A DNA stretch of 64,000 nt, from the NCBI GenBank assembly GCA_965203495.1, contig CBDBDB010000007.1, positions 324,959 through 388,958 on the forward strand, in the 5' to 3' direction. Numbering within the stretch: position 1 is the first letter of the stretch; each line of letters begins with the position of its first letter. This DNA comes from Candidatus Multivorans sp. GTDB lineage: Bacteria; Acidobacteriota; Thermoanaerobaculia; Multivoradales; Multivoraceae. The notes under the pieces were generated by a model, which worked only from the letters and a program-made list of their open reading frames with translations, was not told the DNA's origin and ran no database searches. The translations under genes were made by a program, and so were the position numbers. Positions 20,431 through 29,058 of this stretch are shown piece after piece.

Positions 20431-21336
20431 CTAGAACGCGACCGTACGGTAGCTCAGGCAGCCCCGGAGCCGTCCCAGCCGCCAGCCGGCGAGCCAGACG
20501 AAGCGGCCGCGGGTGGACCGCGACAGCAACCGCGGGCTGCGAAGCAGCAGGGATCCGAGGCGCAGAAGGCCCGGAAGGGCGGCCGCCCGCGGCATGCCGC
20601 GCGAGCGGTATCGCGTGTAGATGTAGACGTTGTATCGCCCGTATCGCGCCGCCTGGCGAAAGGCGGCCGCGAGGGTGGCCGGATACCGCACGTGGACGAC
20701 CGCCTCGGACGCGAAGACGAGTCGGTGGCCCGCGAGTTGAAGGCGCCAGCACAGATCGGTGTCCTCCAGGGCGCCGTACTCCTCGTCGAATCCCCCGAGG
20801 GCCTCGAAGACGCGGCGCCGGACGCCGAGGCCGCAGCCGCCTGCATGATCCAGAAAGGGCGGGTTCGTGTACGCGGACAACCCGTACTGCTGCGCCGGGT
20901 CGCCGTGCAGCCGCCTCGCCCGCTCGCCGTTCAGACGCTCGATCTCGTGACGGCTCGCCGCCGCCTCGTGACGCTCCAGCTCGGGCACGAGACCGTCGAT
21001 CCAGCCCTCGGCGACTTCGTCGTCCGCGTCGCAGAAGAGGAGCGCGTCGCCGGTGGCGGCGGCCGCGGCGACGTTCCTGGCATGCGCCGGTCCCTTGCGG
21101 TCGGCCGCGTGCAGGACGCGCAGGCCGGGCAGCCGGTCCCGCCAGGCCGCGGCGAGGTCCATCGAACCGTCGGTCGACCCGTTGTCCGCGATCAGCACCT
21201 CCATGTCGCCTCGCCAGGTCTGCCGGCTGAGCGCGTCGAGCTGTGCGCCCAGGGTGTCGGCGGCGTTCAGGCAGGGAATGACGACGCTGACCCGCGCGAT
21301 GGGGAACGGCGGCGTCCCCGGCTCGTCCTCCGTCAC
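20431..21336 (-). CDS. Family 2 glycosyltransferase
   Basis: The N-terminus VSVVIPCLNAADTL...LIADNGSTDGS and the DAD motif FCDADDE are present. The GTG at 21336 overlaps the sulfatase TGA. Confidence 0.7.
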   Translation of the reverse strand: MTEDEPGTPPFPIARVSVVIPCLNAADTLGAQLDALSRQTWRGDMEVLIADNGSTDGSMDLAAAWRDRLPGLRVLHAADRKGPAHARNVAAAAATGDALLFCDADDEVAEGWIDGLVPELERHEAAASRHEIERLNGERARRLHGDPAQQYGLSAYTNPPFLDHAGGCGLGVRRRVFEALGGFDEEYGALEDTDLCWRLQLAGHRLVFASEAVVHVRYPATLAAAFRQAARYGRYNVYIYTRYRSRGMPRAAALPGLLRLGSLLLRSPRLLSRSTRGRFVWLAGWRLGRLRGCLSYRTVAF

Positions 21337-22787
21337 TCCAGGTAGCCCATCGCTTCGAGCGCCTTGCGCGCGGCCTCGGTGTGGGGCGTGACGTTCGTCG
21401 GCGAATCGCGGATCCACCTGCTGAGTTGGCGTCCCAGCCGATCCTTGACCTCCGGGAACTCGGACGTCACGTCCTTCAGCTGCAGCGGGTCGGACGGCAG
21501 GTGGTACAGCTCGATCACGGGCTTCTCGCGGTCCCGGTTCGGCGGACGCAGCACGAGTTGCCACTCGCCGTCCTGAATGCTCCGCAGGTGGCGTTGGTAG
21601 GCCCCGGCATCGGCGAAGGCGACCGGATCCGCATGATCCGCCTCATCCGGTTCGGCGCCGGCTTCGAGGGCGTCGGTCTGGCGCCGCCCCCGCAGCAGCG
21701 GCGCCCAGCTCCGGCCCTCGAAGCCCTCGGGCATCGGTTCTCCCAGCAGGTCGACCAGCGTGGGGAAGAGGCCGATCAGCTCGACCGGCCGCTCCACGCG
21801 CCGGCCGGCGTCGGCCCAGGGCTCGCCGACCACGACCAGCGGCACGTGGACGCTGCTGTTGTAGGGAACCGGCCCGTGCTCGAAGAAGACGCCATGCTCG
21901 GCCAGTTCCTCGCCGTGGTCGGAGGTCAGGACGAACAGGCTCTCGTCCTCCATGCCGAGGGCGGCTATCTCGTCCAGGACGGCGCCGATCGCCCGGTCGG
22001 TCACCCGGACGTTCGCGTCGTACTGGGCCACGTAGTAGCGGAGTTCCCGCTGGTCGCCGAGCGCCCGGCCCTCGGCGCCGGCAAGGTCGACGATCTCGTC
22101 GCCGGTGTAGTGCTCGTCGTCGAGAAACGGGTTCTCCGTCCCCGGCTGGAGCAGGTAGGGGGCGTGCGGATCGGTGTAGTGCAGCCAGACGAACAGCCGC
22201 TCCTCGGAGGCCAGCGACGCGAGCAGGGGCCGCGCGAGTTCGTTCACCCGGTCGGCCCACACGTGACGCCGGAACGCCATCGGCCGCTGTTCGACCGGGA
22301 GTGCGTCGACGGCGTCGAGAGTCGCCTGGTCGACCCAGGTCTGCTCGTAGCGGTCGAAGCCGCGGCCCCAGCCGAGTTCCCGGCTGAGCACGGGATTGGA
22401 GATCACGGCCGCGGTCGTGAAGCCCCGTTCCCGGAACCAGGTCGGCAGCGCGAGGTAGTCCTCGGGAATCGTCTGCGCCGCCGTGTTGATCAGCCCGGTC
22501 GTATGCGGGTAGAGGCTCGTGAACATCGAGGCGAAGGACGGGCCCGTCTTCGGCCACTGGACGATCGCCCGCTGGAAGACGGCTCCTCGTTCGACCCACT
22601 CGTCGAGGCGCGGACTCGTGTCCCGGGGATAGCCGTGCCAGCCGAGGCGGTCGGCCCGCAGCGTGTCGACGGTGATCAGGAACACCCGCCGCGGCGGCTC
22701 CGGTTCGGGCGCCGCAGCGGTTCCGCAGCTCCAGGCAAGCGCCAGGACCGGCAGGAAGGCGAGCGCTCGCGGACCACGGCATCGCAT
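21333..22787 (-). CDS. Sulfatase-like hydrolase/transferase (alkaline phosphatase superfamily), secreted
   Basis: A signal peptide is present. The metal-ligand block ITVDTLRADRLGWHGY and SDHGE are present. No C-x-P-x-R motif is seen. Confidence 0.7.
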   Translation of the reverse strand: MRCRGPRALAFLPVLALAWSCGTAAAPEPEPPRRVFLITVDTLRADRLGWHGYPRDTSPRLDEWVERGAVFQRAIVQWPKTGPSFASMFTSLYPHTTGLINTAAQTIPEDYLALPTWFRERGFTTAAVISNPVLSRELGWGRGFDRYEQTWVDQATLDAVDALPVEQRPMAFRRHVWADRVNELARPLLASLASEERLFVWLHYTDPHAPYLLQPGTENPFLDDEHYTGDEIVDLAGAEGRALGDQRELRYYVAQYDANVRVTDRAIGAVLDEIAALGMEDESLFVLTSDHGEELAEHGVFFEHGPVPYNSSVHVPLVVVGEPWADAGRRVERPVELIGLFPTLVDLLGEPMPEGFEGRSWAPLLRGRRQTDALEAGAEPDEADHADPVAFADAGAYQRHLRSIQDGEWQLVLRPPNRDREKPVIELYHLPSDPLQLKDVTSEFPEVKDRLGRQLSRWIRDSPTNVTPHTEAARKALEAMGYLE

Positions 22788-23016
22788 GGGCGGTCGCCGA
22801 GGCTAGCAGCCCGTGGTGGAAGTACGTGTCGAGCCGAGAACGGTCAGGCGCCCGTCCGGCATCGTTGCTCCTCGGTCGAGGTTGGCCCGATATGCTCCCT
22901 CGACCCGAACCGGCGGCCGAAGCCGTGATGACGACGGCCGACTATCGCCGACTGCTTCACTCGATCTGTCTCAGATCTGTCTGAGCCACTACACAACGGC
23001 ACCCAAGGAAGTACCG

Positions 23017-23964
23017 ATGACCACGGATTGGCGCGGCGAGGAACGAGAGGCGAACCGCCGACCACTGCTTGCGAGCGCGACGCGATGGCTTGGAGCGTCG
23101 CTGGTCGCCTGTTGGCCCGCACTCGCGGTCGCTCAGTACACCGATCCGGCTACGCCCGCCGATTCGCCTCTGTGGTGGCCGATTCTGGACGGCATCACGT
23201 CCGAAGAACTGAGGCTCCGACACCAGCGTGACGCGGTTGCGACCGCGTATCGCCTGTCCGTGGAGGCGGGACAAGCTCCCGACTGCGGCCCGGATTACGT
23301 CCCTCGCCGGTTCGCCGACAGCGGGATGAATCCCGAGTTGGCGCCCGTATGGTTCGTGTTGCAAGATCGCTTCGTACGGGCGACAACCCCGAACCGCGAT
23401 GTCGTGGCCGAGCACGAGCGTGAACTTCGGCGTTACGGCATGTCGCGAAGCGGCCTCGACGCGCTGAGTCGGTTCGTCTCTCGGGCGAGCGCCGATCAGA
23501 AACGGCGTCAGAACGAGCTGGAAGACGCTTCGGCGCCAATGGGAGAGATCGTGCTTCGGTTCATGGCTGAGAATCCTCCGCCGACCGAAGCGGCGTTGCG
23601 GTCGTATGCTTCCGCCGTCGCGGACGGCGAGTTGGACGCCATCGACCGGCAGATGTTCGAACGGGGGAAAGCCATCGACGATCTGGTGGCGGGCGCCGGC
23701 GATCCGCTCGCTCTATCGGCCCTTGTGGGCGGCACTCACGCCGAATGGGTCGAGTGGATCGAACTGTCCAGGGCCGATCCTGAGCAGGACTCGATGGAGC
23801 TGCACCTTCCTGTACTGCGCAAGGAGCTGTCGGATGCCGATTGGACGGCGCTTCGGACGTATCTCGCGACCGTGATCGGGAACCAGCAGTTGGGCGTCTG
23901 GTCGCTTGTCGATTGCCCGCAGGCACATTTCTTTGTCGGTCAGCCCGCATTGCTGTCCCGTTGA
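23017..23964 (+). CDS. Hypothetical secreted protein
   Basis: SD AAGGAAG lies 7 nt before the ATG at 23017. A signal peptide LGASLVACWPALAVAQ is present. No recognisable catalytic motifs were found. Confidence 0.5.
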   Translation: MTTDWRGEEREANRRPLLASATRWLGASLVACWPALAVAQYTDPATPADSPLWWPILDGITSEELRLRHQRDAVATAYRLSVEAGQAPDCGPDYVPRRFADSGMNPELAPVWFVLQDRFVRATTPNRDVVAEHERELRRYGMSRSGLDALSRFVSRASADQKRRQNELEDASAPMGEIVLRFMAENPPPTEAALRSYASAVADGELDAIDRQMFERGKAIDDLVAGAGDPLALSALVGGTHAEWVEWIELSRADPEQDSMELHLPVLRKELSDADWTALRTYLATVIGNQQLGVWSLVDCPQAHFFVGQPALLSR

Positions 23965-23991
23965 CCGAGTTGAGAAACAGGCTTGAATCCG

Positions 23992-24059
23992 TCTCTTGCT
24001 GCATCATTGGTTGGCGTCGAAACCCCAATGACTGCAAGGAGGATTCAAGCCCATGGCGC
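23992..24059. other. 68-nt imperfect long hairpin (10-bp perfect outer stem GGCTTGAATC/GATTCAAGCC)
   Basis: Paired segments were read directly from the sequence. It lies 16 bp from the IS256 target-site duplication. Confidence 0.5.
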
Positions 24060-24180
24060 ATCGTAGCACGGTGTTGGGACAGCGGGGATGTCCCGTCGGT
24101 TGTTGAACTTTGGGAGTAGGGTGGCGGCTCTCCGGCCCGATGAGCGGGCCGGTCTCAGCGAAAGAAAGGAGACGCCACCC

Positions 24181-25119
24181 ATGGCCAATCATCGCAGTCG
24201 GGAAGGGAATCGGCAAGAGAGAAGGAGCACTCCGAGCAGTCCGTCGTCGGGATCGGGGCTTGGTCTGTTGGAGTCATTGCCCTCGTTGGTCAACGGTCTG
24301 TCGAGCTTTCAGGAGCTGTGCGTCGAGACAGGCCGGTCTACGTTGGCCCGGTTGATGGAGGAGGAGCGGGAGTCGCGGTGCGGCGCGAAGGGTCGTCACC
24401 AGGATGCTCGTTCGGTGTGGCGTGCGGGCAGTGCTCCGAGCCAAGTGACGCTGGGCGGGGCCCGGATCGAGATTCAGCGTCTGCGGGTACGGGGTCCGGA
24501 GGGCGAGGTGCGTCTCGAGTCGTTCGAGTGGGCGGCGTCTCGCGACGCGATGGACCGTCACACGATGGAAGCGATTGCGTCGGGCGTGTCGACGCGGAAC
24601 TACCTGCGGTCGCTGGACACGGCGGCCGCGGGTTCGGACCGTCGTTCGGCATCGCGGAGTTCGGTGTCTCGGCGCTTCAAGGCGCTGTCGGCGCGGCAGA
24701 TGGAGAAGTTCCTGTCGTCGTCGCTGGAAGACGAGGACATCCGCGTGGTGTGCGTGGACGCGAAGTACATCGGTGGCCACTGCATTCTGATCGCCTTGGG
24801 CGTTTCGTCGTCCGGTCACAAGCGGGTTCTTGGCCTTCGCGAGGGTTCGACGGAGAACACGGCGGTGGTCCGCGCTCTTCTCGCCGACCTGGTGGAGCGG
24901 GGCCTCTCGACGGCGAAGCCGTTGCTGTTCGTCATCGACGGCAGCAAGGCCCTGCGCCGCGCAATCAAGGAGGTCTTCGGCGACGCCGCGACGGTGCAGC
25001 GCTGCCAGGTCCACAAGGCCCGGAACGTCGAAGAGCATCTGCCCGAAGAGAGGCGAGCCTCGATTCGCCGGGCGCTCCGCAAGGCCTGGGACAGCAAATC
25101 CGCCAAGACGGCCTTGAGG
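24181..25119 (+). pseudogene. IS256-family transposase, 5' part of copy 1 (interrupted after ...KSAKTAL)
   Basis: The sequence matches the full-length copy at 25218-26501. The reading frame runs into the left end of the inserted IS copy 2. Confidence 0.8.
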
Positions 25120-26558
25120 GGGGATGTCCCGCCGGCTGTTGAACTTTGGGAGTAGGGTGGCGGCTCACCCGGCCCGGTGAGCGGGCCGGTTCCAGCGAAA
25201 GAAAGGAGACGCCACCCATGGCGAATCATGGCAGTCGGGAAGGGAATCGGCAAGAGAGAAGGAGCAGCTCGTCGTCGGGGTCGGGGCTTGGTCTGTTGGA
25301 GGCATCGTCCTCGTTGTTCGACGGTCTGTCGAGCTTTCAGGATCTGTGCGTTGAGACAGGCCGTTCTGCCTTGGCGCAGTTGATGGAGAAGGAGCGGGAG
25401 TTGCGGTGCGGGGCGAAGGGTCGTCACCAGGATGCTCGTTCGGTGTGGCGCGCGGGCAGCGCTCCGAGTCAGGTGACGCTGGGCGGCGCCCGGATGGAGA
25501 TTCAGCGTCTGCGGATACGGGGTCCGGAGGGCGAGGTGCGTCTCGAGTCGTTCGAGTGGGCGTCGTCTCGCGACGCGATGGACCGTCACACGATGGAAGC
25601 GATCGCGTCGGGCGTGTCGACGCGGAACTACCTGCGGTCGCTGGACACGGCGGCCGCGGGTTCGGACCGTCGTTCGGCTTCCAGGAGTTCGGTGTCTCGT
25701 CGCTTCAAGGCGCTGTCGATGCGGCAGATGGAGAAGTTCCTGTCGTCGTCGCTGGAAGACGAGGACATCCGCGTGTTGTGCGTGGACGCGAAGTACATCG
25801 GTGGCCACTGCATTCTGATCGCCTTGGGCGTTTCGTCGTCCGGTCACAAGCGGGTTCTTGGCCTTCGCGAGGGTTCGACGGAGAACACGGCGGTGGTCCG
25901 CGCTCTTCTCGCCGACCTGGTGGAGCGGGGCCTTTCGACGGCGAAGCCGTTGCTGTTCGTCATCGACGGCAGCAAGGCCCTGCGCCGCGCGATCAGGGAG
26001 GTCTTCGGCGACGCCGCGACGGTGCAGCGCTGCCAGGTCCACAAGGCCCGGAACGTCGAGGAACACCTGCCCGAAGAGAAGCGAGCCTCGATTCGCCGGG
26101 CGCTCCGCAAGGCCTGGGACAGCAAATCCGCCAAGACGGCCTTGAGGCGTCTGCGGCAGCTCGCCAGTCATCTCGAGCGGGAGCACCCCGGCGCAGCGGC
26201 CTCCCTACGGGAAGGCATGGAGGAGACCGTCACCGTGCTCGAACTCGGCCTCGCCGGAGCTCTCCAGAAGACCATGCGCAGCACCAATCCGATCGAGAGC
26301 CTCAACAGCTCCGTCGGGCGCTACACCCGCAACGTCAAGCGCTGGCGGGGCGGCGCCATGATCCAGCGCTGGGTCGCCGCAGCCCTCGTCGATGCGCAAT
26401 CACGCTTCCACCGCGTCAGAGGCTACCGAGACATGCCAGAACTCATCCGTGCTCTCGAACGACGAGCACGTCACGTTGACCACCAAACCAAGGCCGCTTA
26501 ACATTCTTCAACACACACGAGCCGCCATCCGAAGTTCAACAGAAAACGGGACAATCCC
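25120..26558 (+). mobile_element. IS256-family IS, copy 2, nested inside copy 1; 8-bp TSD CCTTGAGG
   Basis: CCTTGAGG is at 25112-25119 and at 26559-26566. Both terminal inverted repeats are present. The transposase gene is intact. Confidence 0.8.
25218..26501 (+). CDS. IS256-family (Mutator-like) transposase, intact
   Basis: The 427-aa product carries the DDE-region blocks VLCVDAKYIGGH, FVIDGSKALRRAI and QRCQVHKARNV. SD GAAAGGAGA precedes the ATG. Confidence 0.85.
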   Translation: MANHGSREGNRQERRSSSSSGSGLGLLEASSSLFDGLSSFQDLCVETGRSALAQLMEKERELRCGAKGRHQDARSVWRAGSAPSQVTLGGARMEIQRLRIRGPEGEVRLESFEWASSRDAMDRHTMEAIASGVSTRNYLRSLDTAAAGSDRRSASRSSVSRRFKALSMRQMEKFLSSSLEDEDIRVLCVDAKYIGGHCILIALGVSSSGHKRVLGLREGSTENTAVVRALLADLVERGLSTAKPLLFVIDGSKALRRAIREVFGDAATVQRCQVHKARNVEEHLPEEKRASIRRALRKAWDSKSAKTALRRLRQLASHLEREHPGAAASLREGMEETVTVLELGLAGALQKTMRSTNPIESLNSSVGRYTRNVKRWRGGAMIQRWVAAALVDAQSRFHRVRGYRDMPELIRALERRARHVDHQTKAA

Positions 26559-26566
26559 CCTTGAGG

Positions 26567-26920
26567 CGTCTGCGGCAGATCGCCAGTCATCTGGAGCGGG
26601 AGCACCCCGGCGCAGCGGCCTCCCTCCGGGAAGGCATGGAGGAGACCGTCACCGTGCTCGAACTCGGCCTCGCCGGAGCTCTCCAGAAGACCATGCGCAG
26701 CACCAATCCGATCGAGAGCCTCAACAGCTCCGTCGGGCGCTACACCCGCAACGTCAAGCGCTGGCGGGGCGGCTCCATGATCCAGCGCTGGGTCGCTGCC
26801 GCTCTCATCGATGCTCAATCACGCTTCCACCGCGTCAGAGGCTACCGAGACATGCCCAAACTCATCCGCGCCCTCGAACGACGAGCAGGGCACGTTGACC
26901 ACCAAACCAAGGCCGCTTAA
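26567..26920 (+). pseudogene. IS256 transposase 3' part of copy 1 (continues after the nested insertion)
   Basis: The reading frame resumes at RRLRQIASHLEREHP...HQTKAA. It is nearly identical to the copy 2 C-terminus. Confidence 0.8.
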
Positions 26921-27142
26921 CATTCATCAACACACACGAGCCGCCATCCGAAGTTCAACAGAAAACGGGACAATCCCTGGGACAGCTGCTCAGGATGGTG
27001 TCGAGACATGAGTTCGAGAGAGACGCGCGGACGCTTGACACGGGGAGTTCTGCAAATGACGGCTGGAAATGCACCCAGCGCTTGACGCCGTGGAGCGGAA
27101 GTTCAGGCGCCGACTGTCCGTGGGTCGCGGTCGGCTGTCTGG

Positions 27143-27161
27143 GGGCAGAGAACGGGACAGT
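27143..27161 (+). repeat. IS256 right-end-like remnant GAGAACGGGACAGTCCCCC
   Basis: It resembles the IS256 right end GAAAACGGGACAATCCC. It may be a solo inverted-repeat scar. Confidence 0.25.
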
Positions 27162-27184
27162 CCCCCGCGAGCGCCGGTACTCCA

Positions 27185-27640
27185 TCAAGGAATCCGGTCA
27201 TAGCTCTGCAAGTGGCCATCGAGCGCCCAGATGCGGACGCGGCGGCTCCTGTGCCGACTGCACTCGGTCTCCCAAGCCTTGATGATCGACAGATCGCTCA
27301 GGTCCGGGCCTCTCTTGGCGTGATCCGGAAAGTCGTCAAGCCATTCTTCGAGTTGTCGTTCGTCCGGGAACCGAATCGGCACCCAAGGGGCCTCTCCCTT
27401 CAGAGCCTCACGAATGCTGTTGCGAAACACCTCGGCATACCGTCGCCGGAGCCCGCCGCTCCGGAGATCGGCGATGTGATCGCCAGTTTCAAAGATCGCT
27501 GCCAGTGGCAGAAGAAGGCTGGCACGAGCATCAAGCAATGCGCCGAACTCCGCAAGGACCTTTTCGCGGTCCTGATTGAACGATGGAACGTCGAGCACGT
27601 TGAGCAGAACGCTCGTGTCCACGATAACGACCGCCGACAT
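27185..27640 (-). CDS. PIN-like domain protein (putative nuclease effector), partner of upstream ATPase
   Basis: The N-terminal strand VVIVDTSVLLNVLD is present. Acidic positions E51, D97/D100 and D138 (IWALDGHL) are spaced like the PIN catalytic residues. It starts 6 bp after the ATPase stop on the same strand. Confidence 0.5.
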   Translation of the reverse strand: MSAVVIVDTSVLLNVLDVPSFNQDREKVLAEFGALLDARASLLLPLAAIFETGDHIADLRSGGLRRRYAEVFRNSIREALKGEAPWVPIRFPDERQLEEWLDDFPDHAKRGPDLSDLSIIKAWETECSRHRSRRVRIWALDGHLQSYDRIP

Positions 27641-27646
27641 CGCCGA

Positions 27647-28945
27647 CTAGTCCGCCTGCGTCCTGATCTTGTTCAGCCAGGCGTGGGCGCGTCGGCGGCG
27701 TTCTTCCGGCGTCGGCCGGAGCTTCACGATTCGATCAAGAATTCCCTGCGTCAGGAGATGGCCGACGGCGCCTTGGGCGATGAGTTCGGGATAGTCCGGG
27801 AGGTCGGCAAGACGCTGGAGGCAACTGGCGCCGGTCGTCGGGTCCCGGTAGCAGAACACGACGTTCGGCACTGCGTCGTTCGGCAATGCGTCGAGCAGGG
27901 CGGGGTTGTGGCTGCTGATGAGCACTCGGAGGTTGCGCCGTTGGGCAACCGTGGAGAGTCGGTCCAGCATCAACTCCGCGCGGCTTGGGTGCACGCCGTT
28001 GTCGATCTCCTCGATCACGACGATGCTGCCCTCGGGCGCGGACAGTACCGCGGCGGCGATGCCGAGAACGCGGAGAGTTCCATCGGACAGCAAGGCTGCG
28101 TCGTACTCCGTCCGCCTCCCGCCAAAGGTCTCGGTCAGCTTGACCATGGCCTCGTTGCGCGGAGTCTCGATGAAGCCGATGTTCGTGATGTCCTGCTCCG
28201 GCAGGGCCTTGACGAAGTGGAGCAGCTCGGCCTCGGTATGGGTCTCCTGACAGAGGTTGAACAACACGCCGGAGAGATTCGTTCCGTGGCCGCTCAGCGT
28301 CCGCTCGGTCTTGAAGCTGTAGGCTCGCATGGCTGACGGTTGCGGGTCGAGGAACACGATGTTCGACAGCCAGCTCTGATACCGGGTTGTCACTTCGGGG
28401 ATCACCCGTTGCGCCAGTTTCTGGCGTTGCGCGAATGGCGCCGAACTCTGGAGCTGGAGCAGCACGGCCATCTGGTCGGTGCATGTGACCTGAGGCTTCA
28501 TGCCGCCGCGCGCGAAGTTGTTGTACGCGACGCGAATGTCTCCGCCAGACTCTTGTGAAGATACGACCTCGAAGAGCGGGACGCGTTCGGACGGACCGTC
28601 AAGTCGTTCTTCCGTGATGTGGAGATCCTCGTCGGCTCGTCGCTCGAGCGTCACGGAGTATCGATTCCATTTCGGTTCCGTCGTCATGCACGACAGCGAG
28701 AACCCCTGGCGGCCTCCGTGGCCGAGATCGTTCACCGTTCCCCGGATGGCGTGAGCGCCGTCCTGAAGCGCGTATCGAATGGAACCGAGCTTGTTGCCCT
28801 GGGCGAGCCAGGAGAGGAAACGGAGAGCCTCGACGGCGTTGCTCTTGCCGGAGGCGTTCGCTCCGACCAGAACCGTCAGCGGCCCGAGCTTCAGCGTCGC
28901 TTCCTCGTAGCTCTTGAAGTCCTTTATCGTGAAGCTGGACAGCAT
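27647..28945 (-). CDS. ABC/SMC-type AAA15/AAA21-like ATPase (defence-associated ATPase family)
   Basis: Walker A VLVGANASGKSN is present. The ABC signature-like LSDGTLRVL is present. Walker B IVVIEEIDNGVHP and the H-loop LISSHNPALL are present. SD GGGAGGAGG precedes the ATG. Confidence 0.75.
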   Translation of the reverse strand: MLSSFTIKDFKSYEEATLKLGPLTVLVGANASGKSNAVEALRFLSWLAQGNKLGSIRYALQDGAHAIRGTVNDLGHGGRQGFSLSCMTTEPKWNRYSVTLERRADEDLHITEERLDGPSERVPLFEVVSSQESGGDIRVAYNNFARGGMKPQVTCTDQMAVLLQLQSSAPFAQRQKLAQRVIPEVTTRYQSWLSNIVFLDPQPSAMRAYSFKTERTLSGHGTNLSGVLFNLCQETHTEAELLHFVKALPEQDITNIGFIETPRNEAMVKLTETFGGRRTEYDAALLSDGTLRVLGIAAAVLSAPEGSIVVIEEIDNGVHPSRAELMLDRLSTVAQRRNLRVLISSHNPALLDALPNDAVPNVVFCYRDPTTGASCLQRLADLPDYPELIAQGAVGHLLTQGILDRIVKLRPTPEERRRRAHAWLNKIRTQAD

Positions 28946-29058
28946 CTTCCGCCTCCTCCCGGACCCTCGACGGGTGTGGCCAAGCCTACCGACGAACCGG
29001 CACGCCTGGCCAGGGGTACGGCGTCAGGCTCGCGGAGCTCGGTCCGGGGTCAGCCGGG

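Larger units (their letters stand above)
24084..26977 (+). mobile_element. IS256-family IS, copy 1 (disrupted by nested copy 2); 9-bp TSD TGGGACAGC
   Basis: The left end is GGGGATGTCCCGTCGGTTGTTGAACTT. The right end, reverse-complemented, is GGGATTGTCCCGTTTTCTGTTGAACTT. TGGGACAGC is present at 24075-24083 and at 26978-26986. Confidence 0.8.

Noticed and set aside
23992-24059. tRNA-like element
   Set aside because: No D, anticodon or T arm cloverleaf can be drawn. There is only a long hairpin.
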